NCBI GenBank assembly: GCA_963693365.1
Contig: CAVNZM010000012.1
Span: 7,382,001-7,446,000 of the forward strand
Length of the DNA stretch: 64,000 nt
Direction of reading: 5' to 3'
Source: Amoebidium appalachense
Taxonomy: Eukaryota > Protista > Ichthyosporea
Under the pieces are notes generated by a model, which was not told the DNA's origin, did no database searches, and worked only from the letters and a program-made list of their open reading frames with translations. The translations under genes were made by a program, and so were the position numbers. This document shows, in pieces, positions 1-16,812 of the stretch. Numbering within the stretch: the first letter of the stretch is position 1; every line of letters begins with the position of its first letter.

Positions 1-314
1 AACGAGGTGTCTACCTCAAACACAACAAAAGGGTGCAACGTTTCCACTAGAGTGACATCTTCGGGGGTTGAAACCGTGGCAAGGCCGTTGGTGTTTGCAA
101 GAGAAAACACTACAACATCTTCCCCTACAGGGCCTAACAACAGCGGTGTCTTCGATGGAACGATCCGAACACGCACTGGCATTGAGGGTGCAAGTCCCAT
201 TGCTGACAGCGAAATAATAATTCTGCCTATACCCTGCATGCCAAATCCTGTTGTGTTTTCGTGCAGCTGAGGTCGGTGTATTTGAAACGATTTGGATATA
301 ATAACATCAGTCAT
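1..314 (-). CDS. Hypothetical protein, 5' part; runs off the left edge of the window
   Basis: ATG at 314 opens a stop-free frame (MTDVIISKSFQIHRPQLHENTTGFGMQGIGRIIISLSAMGLAPSMPVRVRIVPSKTPLL...) to position 1, directly downstream of a CCAAT cluster. It is missing from the ORF track because no stop falls in the window. Confidence 0.55.
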   Translation of the reverse strand, partial: MTDVIISKSFQIHRPQLHENTTGFGMQGIGRIIISLSAMGLAPSMPVRVRIVPSKTPLLLGPVGEDVVVFSLANTNGLATVSTPEDVTLVETLHPFVVFEVDTS

Positions 315-317
315 CGC

Positions 318-420
318 GCTGATTGGCTAAACGCGGATGACACATCTTTTCGGATGATTGGTTGGATAAATCTAGTTACCATCGGCTAGCCGCGCTGATT
401 GGCCAAATCCAATTGGTGTT
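318..420 (-). promoter_or_regulatory. Cluster of CCAAT (NF-Y) boxes upstream of the 1-314 ORF
   Basis: Four ATTGG motifs on + (ctgattggct, atgattggtt, ctgattggcc, caattgg) within ~100 bp. Confidence 0.5.
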
Positions 421-667
421 GCTTCGGCATAACCCGTGCGCAAGCCCGAAAATTCGGATTTGTTTCTTGGTATTTTTTGAAGTCCGGAATATTTTTGCCT
501 GGGGTGTATGGTATATTTTCATCCCCAGTTAAAGGGGGTGAAAGGGGGTTCCTATTTTAGCTTACCACGAAATTTGCAGGGGTTTACCATAAACTGAAAA
601 TATGATGGTATTTTTGAAACGTTTAGGGTATTTTTTACCGTAAAAACGGGGTTATGGTCGGGCCTGC

Positions 668-969
668 CCGTGCGCTTGCACCTGTGTTGCTTGAGAGTAG
701 GGTCATGAGCGCTATCACCGTGCGCTTGCACCTGTGTTGCTTGAGAGTAGGGTCATGAGCGCTATCACCGTGCGCTTGCACCTGTGTTGCTTGAGAGTAG
801 GGTCATGAGCGCTATCACCGTGCGCTTGCACCTGTGTTGCTTGAGAGTAGGGTCATGAGCGCTATCACCGTGCGCTTGCACCTGTGTTGCTTGAGAGTAG
901 GGTCATGAGCGCTATCACCGTGCGCTTGCACCTGTGTTGCTTGAGAGTAGGGTCATGATCGCTATCACC
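668..969. repeat. 50-bp minisatellite, 6 near-identical copies
   Basis: Unit ccgtgcgcttgcacctgtgttgcttgagagtagggtcatgagcgctatca at 668, 718, 768, 818, 868, 918; no spacers. Confidence 0.95.
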
Positions 970-988
970 ATACCCTTGCTCATGAGCG

Positions 989-1023
<35 letters not shown>

Positions 1024-1082
1024 ACCCTCCTCCCATCTACCCGCACAACCCCAACCCCACATTATATCGTGCACCGGGTAAC

Positions 1083-1475
1083 ATGGACGCTGGCGCACCC
1101 CTTCCCCCACCCAGCCCATTCTTACCCCCTCCCCCGATCCGCACAAGCCCGCGCAGCACCCCCGGGCCCTCACCCATCCTATTGGCCATCCTGGCCGGCC
1201 TGATCCTCTACGTGCTCTGGGACACGTTCAGCCCACGTGTGCGGCGGCGCCTGGCAGTGCTCAAGTGCCAGCGCGCGTGCCCAATGTGTGCCAGCTGCGG
1301 CAGCTGCGTTCCCCGCCGCAAGTGTGCGCACTGCCCCCGCTGCCACGTGTGCGGTGCCAGCCCCACTCGGTGCGCACAGTGCCCCGCATGCACGCGCTGC
1401 CCGCCCGAGCAGAAGTGCCCGGCGTGCCCCACGTGTGCGCATGCGCCTGCGGTGGTGATCAAGGAGCGCACTTGA
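1083..1475 (+). CDS. Small intronless membrane protein with a CxxC/CPxC-repeat Cys-rich tail
   Basis: 130 aa: Pro-rich N-terminus, hydrophobic helix ILLAILAGLILYVLW, basic RVRRR, then repeated CPMC/CAHCPRCHVC/CPACPTC; GC3-rich codons. Confidence 0.6.
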   Translation: MDAGAPLPPPSPFLPPPPIRTSPRSTPGPSPILLAILAGLILYVLWDTFSPRVRRRLAVLKCQRACPMCASCGSCVPRRKCAHCPRCHVCGASPTRCAQCPACTRCPPEQKCPACPTCAHAPAVVIKERT

Positions 1476-1511
1476 AGGGTTGGGGGGGCAGAGATTTTTG
1501 TGGCATAGAGT

Positions 1512-1772
1512 ATGGCGTACCGATGGGAGTACAAGCTGAAGGAGGAGCCCGGCAAGGCACCCGTGGTGCAGGCAACTATTGTGCCGACCGAGGCCACCAC
1601 CCGGCGGACGCAGATGGAGCAACGAGCATACGCACAAGAGCTTGCGGAAAAGGGCTATATAGATCTGCCCGATGAGTTGGCGGAGAAGTGTGGATTCAAG
1701 AAGTGGGTGCCGAAGAATCAACGACAGACAGCAATTGTACTGCAGAAGATGATGGAGCCTGAGGATGCATAG
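1512..1772 (+). CDS. Small intronless hypothetical protein (86 aa)
   Basis: ATG-TAG ORF 36 bp after the previous ORF, non-repetitive, with similar coding-like composition. Confidence 0.5.
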   Translation: MAYRWEYKLKEEPGKAPVVQATIVPTEATTRRTQMEQRAYAQELAEKGYIDLPDELAEKCGFKKWVPKNQRQTAIVLQKMMEPEDA

Positions 1773-1961
1773 AGACCTACACACAAAGGATGAATGGACT
1801 TACACCACAAACATGGAAAATGTAAATGACGAGAGAATCTCCACAAACATGGAAAATGTAAATGACGAGAGAATCTGTTGGGATGTTTAATTTTGATGAG
1901 CTGGAGTCTATCTCCCCCCCTCCCCTTCACCGTTCAATGAAAACTTGGTAGCATGTGTATC

Positions 1962-2203
<242 letters not shown>

Positions 2204-2499
2204 CAATGTACGTGCCAGTGTGCTTGTACACAGATTGAAAAGGAGACTTGGGGTATATTAAATGGAGTCTCTCCCGCTACCACGGGCAAATACATTCAAT
2301 AATCATTACGGAAACTTGGTACTGTTACCGGGCAAATACAATATACATGAAAATTTGGATAAGATTGAAGCAGATCACATTCGAATAAACATTACAGAAA
2401 ACTTGGTATGAAAACTTTGTACCACGTCTTTCCTCCACCACACCCATCACAAACCCCTATAGATGTGGATGTGTGCCTACTGCCCACACCACCACAAAT

Positions 2500-2765
2500 A
2501 CGTTTCCCCCACCGCACCCACCACAAACCCTAAGTAAGATGTGAATGTGGGGCCTACCCGCCGCCACCACTACAACTACGTTTCCCCCACCGCACCCACC
2601 ACAAACCCTAAGTAAGATGTGAATGTGGGGCCTACCCGCCGCCACCACTACAACTACGTTTCCCCCCACCGCACCCACCACAAACCCTAAGTAAGATGTG
2701 AATGTGGGGCCTACCCGCCGCCACCACTACAACTACGTTTCCCCCCACCGCACCCACCACAAACC

Positions 2766-2768
<3 letters not shown>
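2500..2768. repeat. 78-bp minisatellite, ~3.4 copies, immediately 3' of the KDM4-like stop codon
   Basis: Unit ccacaaaccctaagtaagatgtgaatgtggggcctacccgccgccaccactacaactacgtttcccccaccgcac... Confidence 0.9.
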
Positions 2769-7749
<4,981 letters not shown>

Positions 7750-7864
7750 GTTGCTGTGTGTGTTTTTGTGATGTGTGTAATTGTGAGCACCCTCTGCCTG
7801 TAAGACTGTCTGTGAGAGCGCTCTGTCTGTGTGCTTGTGCCACCGTGTTGTAGCGCTCGTGCTT

Positions 7865-8057
<193 letters not shown>

Positions 8058-8341
8058 AATCGTTCCTAGGAAAGCTCGTGCATGCGCGCGCTATGTTTTT
8101 TGTGTCCAGTCTAACAATGTTTGTGTTTAGCAGAACTCGTTTGTGTGTGTGCTCTGTTTTCGTATCCCAAACAATCTACGATTGTGTGCATAAGCCTAAA
8201 ATGTGCCTCGCACAGGGAAACATGAAGGACATTCTATGTATCTGTATTGGCTAAAAAAGGGGACAACTGATAGCGCGGTGTGCACAGGTTATTATAACAA
8301 GTTTCTTTGTTGTTTTCGTCTAGCCTATTTGTAATTACAAT

Positions 8342-8540
8342 GGAAACATGTACAACAGCAGTGCTGGGCGAAAGTGACACGAACTGATGTGGTGCGCCTG
8401 ATTACGTTTGAAACATGCACAACAGCAGCGCTGGGCGAAAGTGACACGAATTGGTGTGGCGCGCTTGGTTATGTTTGAAACATGTACAACAGCAGCGCCG
8501 GGCGAAAGTAACACGAACTGGTGTGGTGCGCTTGGTTATA
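8342..8540. repeat. ~67-bp tandem repeat x3
   Basis: gaaacatgtacaacagcagcgctgggcgaaagtgacacgaactg... repeated three times with few substitutions. Confidence 0.85.
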
Positions 8541-8667
8541 TTTGTTCGTTCGGGAATCAAGATGGACTCTTGTAATTTCTCCGTTGTATATAGAGCGCAA
8601 AGAGAGTGTTGAACATATATTCTCATTTCGCAAAGCTTGAAGCAAGCAAGAAAATCACGTTTTTGAT

Positions 8668-9372
8668 GACTGGCCAATTAATGTTTTGTTCAGTTTGGCC
8701 AATGGAATCACTGATTGGCGCGTACGTGATAATAAGCTAATCAGTGAGATCGGCTAATAATAGTTTGGGTAGCAAGGCCAGCCTGCCCAACCAAGACCCT
8801 TTTGCGAGTAACAATTGTGATTTATTCTAATAGGCAATAAATATTAAAAAAGCATAATTTATTTATGTTTATTTATACTTTACGCGGACACAGACATTTG
8901 CTTGGAATTTTGTTTGGAAAGGGTCCTGTGAATCTGGTCTTCGAAAAGCGTTGCAGCCTTGAGTCACGGTGTATTGACCAACTAGATTGTACCAATGCCG
9001 ATAAGCGCTTGCCTAGAGTACCAGTGCCCGATCACGTTGACCCAACCATTATTCACCAATCACCGATTGGTTTTGTTGGCTGGCGCATTTACGTGATGAC
9101 TGGCCAATGAAATTACTTAGTGACTGATAGCAGCACCGACCCTGGAGCGTTTTGACTGAGCAAGGAATAAGGGAAATCCTAAAAGAGGGTTGTATGTTTT
9201 ATGACATATAAGGTTCTATAAATAAACAACCATGCGCTTGGGATTTTGGTTGGAAAGCGTTTTGTATTTGCCCAATTTGAATCCGATGCTTCGATTTCGG
9301 TCAATCAGAATACCCTGAGCATCAGCGCCGCGAATCACGTGGGGCAAGAACCAACCCCTATGCACCAATCAA
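8668..9372. promoter_or_regulatory. CCAAT-rich region between the divergent KDM4-like (-) and coiled-coil (+) genes
   Basis: CCAAT/ATTGG at ~8673, 8699, 8714, 9056, 9066, 9104, 9365. Confidence 0.4.
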
Positions 9373-10020
9373 AACGCTTGCACGTAAAAAGGTCCGCGAA
9401 TAAGATGTTGTGAAAGCGTATATCCTTCGATGTTTTAAACTAGCGCTCGTTTTGTCCTGTATATTATATTTTTATTTCGTATATTCACCTTTTTTATACA
9501 GTTTACCTGTGAACCAAACACGATTAGAGATATATTCGCTAACAGCGCCAAAAGGTTCTGTTTTTCTTATGCTTGATTCTCGTAACATAAGATCGTATTT
9601 TGCGCAATGGCTTCACATAAATTATTGATGGCGGTTTTTTTATATCAGTTCACAGCGCTGTCATTTTCTACTTTTCTGATTCTTTTGTTCATGGCTGTGT
9701 TTGCACACGACGGTGTTTGCCTAGAGAAACGTAACACTCTCTTTTTTTTTCTTTTTCTCTTGTTCACGACTGGGTTTGCACAGGACTGTGTTTGCGCAGA
9801 GAAACGTAACACTCTTTTTTTTACTTTTTCCTTTGTTCACAACAGAGAATCGTATTCGTAGCACTTTCTTTTTTTTTTCCTTTTTCCCTTGTTTTTTTTT
9901 TTTCCTTTTTCCCTTGTTCACGACTGGGTTTGCACACGACTGTGTTTGCGCAGAGAAACGTAAGACTTCCTTTCTTTTTTTCCCTTTGTTTATCTTTTTT
10001 TTTTTGTGAAAACTGTCACG

Positions 10021-11283
10021 ATGGATTATTCCCAGCAAGCTCCCGGGTCGGGGTCATACGAAACCAACATCAGCAAGTCCGCCGACCCCGTCACAACGCA
10101 AGCCCCCCCCCCATCCAACTCCCCCCCACACTCCGGCGGCGAAGTCCTCTCCCCATCCAACCCCCCCACACTTCGGCGGGGAAGTCCCCCCCCCCATCCA
10201 ACCCCCCCCACACTTCGGCGGGGAAGTCCCCCCCCCATCCAACCCCCCCCCACACTCCGGCGACACTGCTCCCGTCGATCCAAAAATGTTCGAAGAGTAC
10301 TTGGAGACTGTGTTGCAGTCGAAAGTAGACAGTGCCATTGCCTCTGCATTGGCAAAGGTCGGTACTGCGGCCACTGCACCCGCTGTCACCACCCCAACCA
10401 CCGAATTGCAGGAGAAGCTGGAAGCCGCAGAGAAAGAATTACAAACGAAGGATCACGACATCCAAATCCTTAAGGGGGAAATTGCCGAGCTAAAATCGGC
10501 GGCGGCCAAACAAAAACACCTTGCAGATGCAAAGGAACAGGTGTTATCGGCAAAGAATCGGGACCTCGAAGGGCAGCTTGTTGGAAAGGTGGTCGATATC
10601 CTGGAGCATCAGGCTGAAGGGGAAAGATACCGGGCCGAGATTACCAAGCTTCAGTCACACATTGCGACCATGAGGGAATCATACCGTAGAACAATCGACG
10701 AGAGCACACAGAAACTTCGTGATTGGAATGACCCCCAGCCCCTCCCCGACATTACCGTCCAACACGGTCTCGCCCCCCCCTCCCCCCCCCTGGTACGACC
10801 AATCAAAATCCCATCCCCACCCTCCCCCCGCCCGGTACCACTCAGCCCAAAACCCCCCTCAACCTCCCCCTGCCCATTCTCCCCCTCCCCCCACCCGGTT
10901 TTTCCATGCCCGTACCCCCCTTCAATCCGTCCCTCACCACCGTTACCAGCACCCAATCCCACACTTTTGGGGCCTCCATGATGTCGAACCCCTCTGCATA
11001 TTCCCAGGGTTCAAAGAGAGGGGTGTCAGATAATTCTTTTGGTGTGTACAAACGGCACCGCCAGGAAGAGACGTCATTTGAGACGGCAGTAGATGAGGAA
11101 TTGGAGGACATGATGGCTTTGGGCGAGAAGGTCGAGGGGAAGAAAGGGAAAGAAAGTGGTCGAGCAAAGAAACCAAAACCGAGTCAGAAACCAGCCCCTG
11201 CCCGCAGTGGCAGGACACGAGCAAAGCAAGTTTCAGATATACAGGTTATTCACGGGGACAGTGATGAAAACGATGAAGATTAG
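10021..11283 (+). CDS. Intronless Pro-rich/coiled-coil protein with basic-acidic C-terminus, split by C-homopolymer frameshifts
   Basis: ATG 10021 (MDYSQQAPGSGSYE), PPSNPPHSGGE-type repeats, coiled coil TELQEKLEAAEKELQTKDHDIQILKGEIAELK (10286-10981 frame), C-terminus KRHRQEETSFETAVDEELED...DSDENDED (10906-11283 frame). Frame switches coincide with C runs. Confidence 0.65.
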
Positions 11284-11627
11284 GTTGGGAGTGGTGAGGG
11301 GTGTGTTTTGATTTTGTTGTATGTGTCAGGGGCTGGGTATGGCCACAGGGGCTGGCTGATGTATTTTAATATATGACTGTTGATACTGGTAGCACCTTAC
11401 GGTTTCTGTATTTATGTTAACGAGCATCTTATGGATCATAGCATGTAGGCATCTTTTTTTTTCTGGTTCTGGATGGTTTAGTATCTTGTGGTTATTATAT
11501 ATGTACAAGTCTTCTGGATGGTTTAGTATCTTGTGGTTATTATATATGTACAAGTCTTGTTTTGCTGTTTTCAACCGATTAAATATCGATTGTATACAAA
11601 GAAGTCCAGGTCCCTTTTGGTACACAC

Positions 11628-11653
11628 TTGCATGCACGTTCAAAGTCTCCCCC

Positions 11654-11684
<31 letters not shown>

Positions 11685-11767
11685 ACTCCCTCCCCATGCA
11701 TGCATGCCCGTGTGGCACACAGTTTGTGTGCTTTCATAAGTCTATCGATGCATGCACGTTCAAAGTC

Positions 11768-11804
<37 letters not shown>

Positions 11805-13860
11805 CCACACTCCCTCCCCCGTGCATGCATGCCCGTGTGGCACACAGTTTGTGTGCTTTCATAAGTCTATTGCATGCACGTTCAAAGTCTCCCCCCCCCC
11901 CCCCCCCCCTCCCCCTCCCCACACTCCCTCCCCATGCATGCATGCCCGTGTGGCACACAGTTTGTGTGCTTTCATAAGTCTATCGATGCATGCACGTTCA
12001 AAGTCTCCCCCCCCCCCCCCCCCCTCCCCCTCCCCACACTCCCTCCCCATGCATGCATGCCCGTGTGGCACACAGTTTGTGTGCTTTCATAAGTCTATCG
12101 ATGCATGCACGTTCAAAGTCTCCCCCCCCCCCACCCCCCCCCCCCCCTTCCCACACTCCCTCCCCCGTACATGCATGCCCGTGTGGCACACAGTTTGTGT
12201 GCTTTCATAAGTCTATCGATGCATGCACGTTCAAAGTCTCCCCCCCCCCCCCCCCCCCCCCCCCCTCCCCACACTCCCCTCCCCGTGCATGCATGCCCGT
12301 GTGGCACACAGTTTGTGTGCTTTCATAAGTCTATCGATGCATGCATGCCCGTGTGGCACACAGTTTGTGTGCTTTCATAAGTCTATTGCATGCACGTTCA
12401 AAGTCTCCCCCCTGTTGGAAGTAGAGTCCGCTGTGACTAGGGTCGTCGTGGCGCGCTTGGGCGCTGACCCGTTTTTTACTGCTTTCAGTGTGTTAACTCC
12501 ATGACTGAACTCCATGACTGAACTCCATGACTGAACTCCATGACTGAACTCCATGACTGAACTCCATGACTGAACTCCATGACTTAACTCCATTTCTGCA
12601 CCTGGCAGAGCCGTGGTTTATATACCCGTGGGGCAGCAGTCTGGAATGTAATCCGGATGCCAGGCGCTAATCGGATTGGTTACTTTCATTTAGAGATCTC
12701 TGGGACCAGTGAACCAATCGTTTGCAGCCAAAACACAATTGGCAACATTCCTCAACTATGCAGATGTGCATGTGGTGATCGAGTGTCAGCGTGTGTCTGT
12801 GTACACGGAACCAATTGTAAAGCTAACATACACATATTGTGGAGTGAGCGTAAGTCTGCACTCCAACACCCCTACCCAATTGGAGAAGTGTACACACCAC
12901 TAGAGAAGAGAGAGTGAGTGTGGCTGCTTGCAGGGTAGACCGGGGTGTGCATTCCACTGTGGTGCGTGCCCCGCCAATGAAGTGGAATACTTGACGTTGA
13001 TGTCGCAGGCTGCTGCGGATGGAGTTTGTGGAAGCGAAAGTCTCTAATGAAGTTAGAGGCCGCGGTGTCGTGTCTGGGCCCATAACCCTGTTGGAAGTAG
13101 AGTCCGCTGTGACTAGGGTCGTCGTGGCGCGCTTGGGCGCTGACCCGTTTTTTACTGCTTTCAGTGTGTTAACTCCATGACTGAACTCCATGACTGAACT
13201 CCATGACTGAACTCCATGACTGAACTCCATGACTGAACTCCATGACTGAACTCCATGACTTAACTCCATTTCTGCACCTGGCAGAGCCGTGGTTTATATA
13301 CCCGTGGGGCAGCAGTCTGGAATGTAATCCGGATGCCAGGCGCTAATCGGATTGGTTACTTTCATTTAGAGATCTCTGGGACCAGTGAACCAATCGTTTG
13401 CAGCCAAAACACAATTGGCAACATTCCTCAACTATGCAGATGTGCATGTGGTGATCGAGTGTCAGCGTGTGTCTGTGTACACGGAACCAATTGTAAAGCT
13501 AACATACACATATTGTGGAGTGAGCGTAAGTCTGCACTCCAACACCCCCCCCCCCCACCCCCCCCCCCCCCCCCCCCCCCCACCCCACACTCCCTCCCCA
13601 TGCATGCATGCCCTTGTGGCACACAGTTTGTGTGCTTTCATAAGTCTATCGATGCATGCATGCCCGTGTGGCACACAGTTTGTGTGCTTTCATAAGTCTA
13701 TTGCATGCACGTTCAAAGTCTCCCCCCCCCACCCCCCCCCCCCACCCCCCCCCCCCCTCCCCCCCACCCCACACTCCCTCCCCATGCATGCATGCCCGTG
13801 TGGCACACAGTTTGTGTGCTTTCATAAGTCTATCGATGTATATTGCATGCACGTTTAAAG
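11628..13860. repeat. ~115-120-bp satellite with a variable poly-C core, interrupted by an LTR element
   Basis: Unit tgcatgcacgttcaaagtct(C)n..cacactccctccccatgcatgcatgcccgtgtggcacacagtttgtgtgctttcataagtctatcga. Confidence 0.95.
12413..13544 (-). mobile_element. Complete TRIM (miniature non-autonomous Ty1/copia-type LTR retrotransposon)
   Basis: Apparently identical 456-bp LTRs 12413-12868 and 13089-13544 with TGTTGGA...TCCAACA ends and a 220-bp interior. PBS 13074-13088 (ctgggcccataaccc on +, the tRNA-iMet anticodon arm); PPT gggtagggg next to 12868; CCCCC on both flanks. Each LTR has CCAAT and TATATAAA on - and a 14-bp aactccatgactga array. Confidence 0.93.
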
Positions 13861-13864
13861 TATT

Positions 13865-14255
13865 TATTTCCCCTCTTTTTGCACACACAGCTTTGCACAC
13901 ACAGCAACTGTCTTTTTATTGTATCCACTTTGGGTATGAAGCGCTGGCGCTGGGTTTGTCGTATACTCCACTTCGGGGCTTTTGTATGCAGCGCTTATTT
14001 CCCCTCTTTTTGCACACACAGCTTTGCACACACAGCAACTGTCTTTTTATTGTATCCACTTTGGGTATGAAGCGCTGGCGCTGGGTTTGTCGTATACTCC
14101 ACTTCGGGGCTTTTGTATGCAGCGCTTATTTCCCCTCTTTTTGCACACACAGCTTTGCACACACAGCAACTGTCTTTTTATTGTATCATTTTGGGTATGA
14201 AGCGCTGGCGCTGGGTTTGTCGTATACTCCACTTCGGGTCTTTTTGTATGCAGCG
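13865..14255. repeat. 131-bp tandem repeat x3
   Basis: tatttcccctctttttgcacacacagctttgcacacacagcaactg...gtatgcagcgct. Confidence 0.92.
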
Positions 14256-14280
14256 CTGGCGCGGTGACACGTCAATCGGA

Positions 14281-14601
14281 TTAAAAGTCCGAGTGACTTG
14301 TTTGTCTCAGAGCGGTGTCGTACTCCGCAGCACCCGTCTTCTTATTGAAATAGTATATGACTGCATACATCAATGGTGTAACCAATAAACATGTGAGGAC
14401 AATAGCAGCGCTGACGTACACCAGATACATTTTGTTCACTTTCTCTCTAGCATTCGGTTCGGACTTCATTAAATTGTACCAGTGTATATTTGCAACGACA
14501 CTGCATATAGATATCACATAAAGAATGCCTGTGGTGACCGTGCTGTCGAACATGTACGTGTACCTCACAAAACTTTCAGTATCCGACGTGTTACACCCCA
14601 A
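14281..14601 (-). CDS. Possible small two-helix membrane protein; start uncertain
   Basis: Two hydrophobic segments (GILYVISICSVVANIHW; MYLVYVSAAIVLTCLLVTPLMYAVIYYF); the annotated start is not ATG. Confidence 0.35.
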   Translation of the reverse strand: MGCNTSDTESFVRYTYMFDSTVTTGILYVISICSVVANIHWYNLMKSEPNAREKVNKMYLVYVSAAIVLTCLLVTPLMYAVIYYFNKKTGAAEYDTALRQTSHSDF

Positions 14602-14857
14602 AAGTGACCTCTCTGAGATCTTGCCTGTGGTACAAACTCTTGATGCCGTGTTGCTCTTGTGTTTTACCAGTACCCCTCTCTCCAGATGCCGAATTTAGAT
14701 TGGAATTCGTGAATACACCCATGTGATTGGTCAGTGGTTTGGCACCAAGAGATTGATTGATATGCCATCAACCAGTCAACAAAAAGTACTCGCTTTTACT
14801 TTTTGTCTCGCTTCACCCCAATCCAAGAACAGTGCACACCAAAACAAAACACTAGAA

Positions 14858-15340
14858 ATGGGAGACGCACTTTTGCGCCCCGATTCGGTTGACCCCGAAC
14901 GATGCCCTGCATTTGCACCCTTAAAAAAAGCCCAGTGCAAAAACAAAAAGAAAACATGCCCACACCACAAGGACGGCTTCAAGCCCTGGGTATGCTTTGC
15001 CCCTGCCACCGGTGTCCTCCTCTACAGCGACAACACCATCAACATCCTCCACCCCCACAAGGCCGGGGACTATGCTCATGCAAACCTCCTGCTGGACGAC
15101 CTCCTGGCCGCCTTTACAGTCGCAGAAATGCAGCGCCCTCGCACCGAGCGCACCGGGGTACCCGCGCTGACTGTGTCCACTCCGGATCCACCCATGGGTG
15201 CACCACAGCCACCGGTTGCAGCTGCAGCGGTGGGTGTGGGCAGGGAAAATGGGTACTGCCAGGGCAAAACCAAGGCTGGCAATCCCTGCAAAAACAGGGT
15301 GAAATCTACGACCCATTGCCATAAGCACAAGCCCAAATAA
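14858..15340 (+). CDS. Intronless protein with two C3H zinc-finger-like motifs (DUF5763-like)
   Basis: ATG 14858; N-terminal CPAFAPLKKAQCKNKKKTCPHH and C-terminal CQGKTKAGNPCKNRVKSTTHCHKH. Confidence 0.7.
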   Translation: MGDALLRPDSVDPERCPAFAPLKKAQCKNKKKTCPHHKDGFKPWVCFAPATGVLLYSDNTINILHPHKAGDYAHANLLLDDLLAAFTVAEMQRPRTERTGVPALTVSTPDPPMGAPQPPVAAAAVGVGRENGYCQGKTKAGNPCKNRVKSTTHCHKHKPK

Positions 15341-15761
15341 AAAAACCACCCACACACCCACACCTGCCAACATACACTATCCTCCCCGTGAGTGGCATGC
15401 CAGTCCCCCCTGCCCCCCAGCCCCCCAGCCCCCCTGCCCCCCAGCCCCCCTGCTCCCCTGCCCCCCTGCCCCCCTGCTCCCCTGCCACATGCACACCCAC
15501 ACACTGGGTGGCCCCCCTGCCCCCCTGCCTGCCGGAACCAGGCCCCCCAGTGGTGGCATTCCAACACGTGCATGCTAGAAGATCGTGCTACATGAACAAA
15601 TGGTCTTAACTCAGCCATACATGGGGGATAGATAGTATCACACAACCATGGTTCCCCCACTCTCCCCAGCCTCCTGTGCACGTGTGCCTCCCCCGACCCC
15701 CTGCCTCCCCTGCACGTGTGCCCCCCCTCCTGCCGGAACCACGGCCCCCAGTGGTGGCAGC

Positions 15762-16777
15762 TGTCGTGGCAACAATCAGAGTGTATATGAACTACTCTAA
15801 CTATCTGCACGCTTAAAGGGGCTCGAAACCGTGTATACGTATAAACTTTTCTTTGAGTTGGGTGGGAAGCGAGTTTTTTGTGTTCTGAGAAGAACTTCCA
15901 AAAGCCCGCGACCCCGCGAGACACTTCACAGACACGCGGCCCACTGGCCAGACAAATACCACAGTGACATTCAGCCAATCACAACACTCCCTCCCCCACA
16001 GACTACACGCACTCCACACCATTGGCTACCGCCACCTCAGACACCCCTACAGCACTACAACACGTACACACGTTTACTCACAATACATATAAGCATACAC
16101 ACACGCGAGCAGGCAACATGGGTCTCGCCACGCACACAGCAAGAAGCAATACAACATTTAACATGGAGAGTACGCAGAGGCATGGGGCATGCACGCGCGC
16201 ACCAAACAATCAGCCGCCGCTGCATCAGATTCTCCCCATACCACTGATTAATCTCCTCATACCCCATTTAGACCCCGGCATCACTATGCAAGAAAACCCC
16301 CGAAATTAACTCACCAAAACACAAAATATAGAAGTAAACTAATACGAATCAGCTCAGCACATGACAACTCCCCCCTCGCACAGAAAATAACTGAGTTCCA
16401 CCTCAGTAAAAACTACCTAAAAACAAAATAAAGTTATGTGCTGAGCGACTACAACTACCGCTACCCATGCAGGAAGCAACATTTAACATATAACATAAAA
16501 CATATACATACATCCACACACCACCCCACCATGGTTAATACCCAACCCAACCCCAAAACAAGGATAAGAACCGCCACTGACGTTGCCCTGTAGATGCACC
16601 TCTGCCCCCGTCCACAACCTGCACCCAAAACCCCATGCCCCTGGCACAATGTTATATCGAGTGGAACATAGCAACAGACATGATGCCAGTGGGAGAAAAT
16701 GTAAAGTTTACATTTTGGGTCGGTTCGTATGGTCCTCCAGCGGACTATGAGAGTCCGCCTGGACTCTGAGAGTCCTG

Positions 16778-16812
<35 letters not shown>

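Noticed and set aside
7-270. Plus-strand 87-aa ORF
   Set aside because: GTG start and antisense to a longer ATG-initiated minus-strand frame that has upstream CCAAT boxes.
668-969. CRISPR-like array (also 4200-5350, 11628-13860, 12494-12592)
   Set aside because: Head-to-tail identical units with no unique spacers, no cas genes and a eukaryotic context. The satellite's variable part is only poly-C length.
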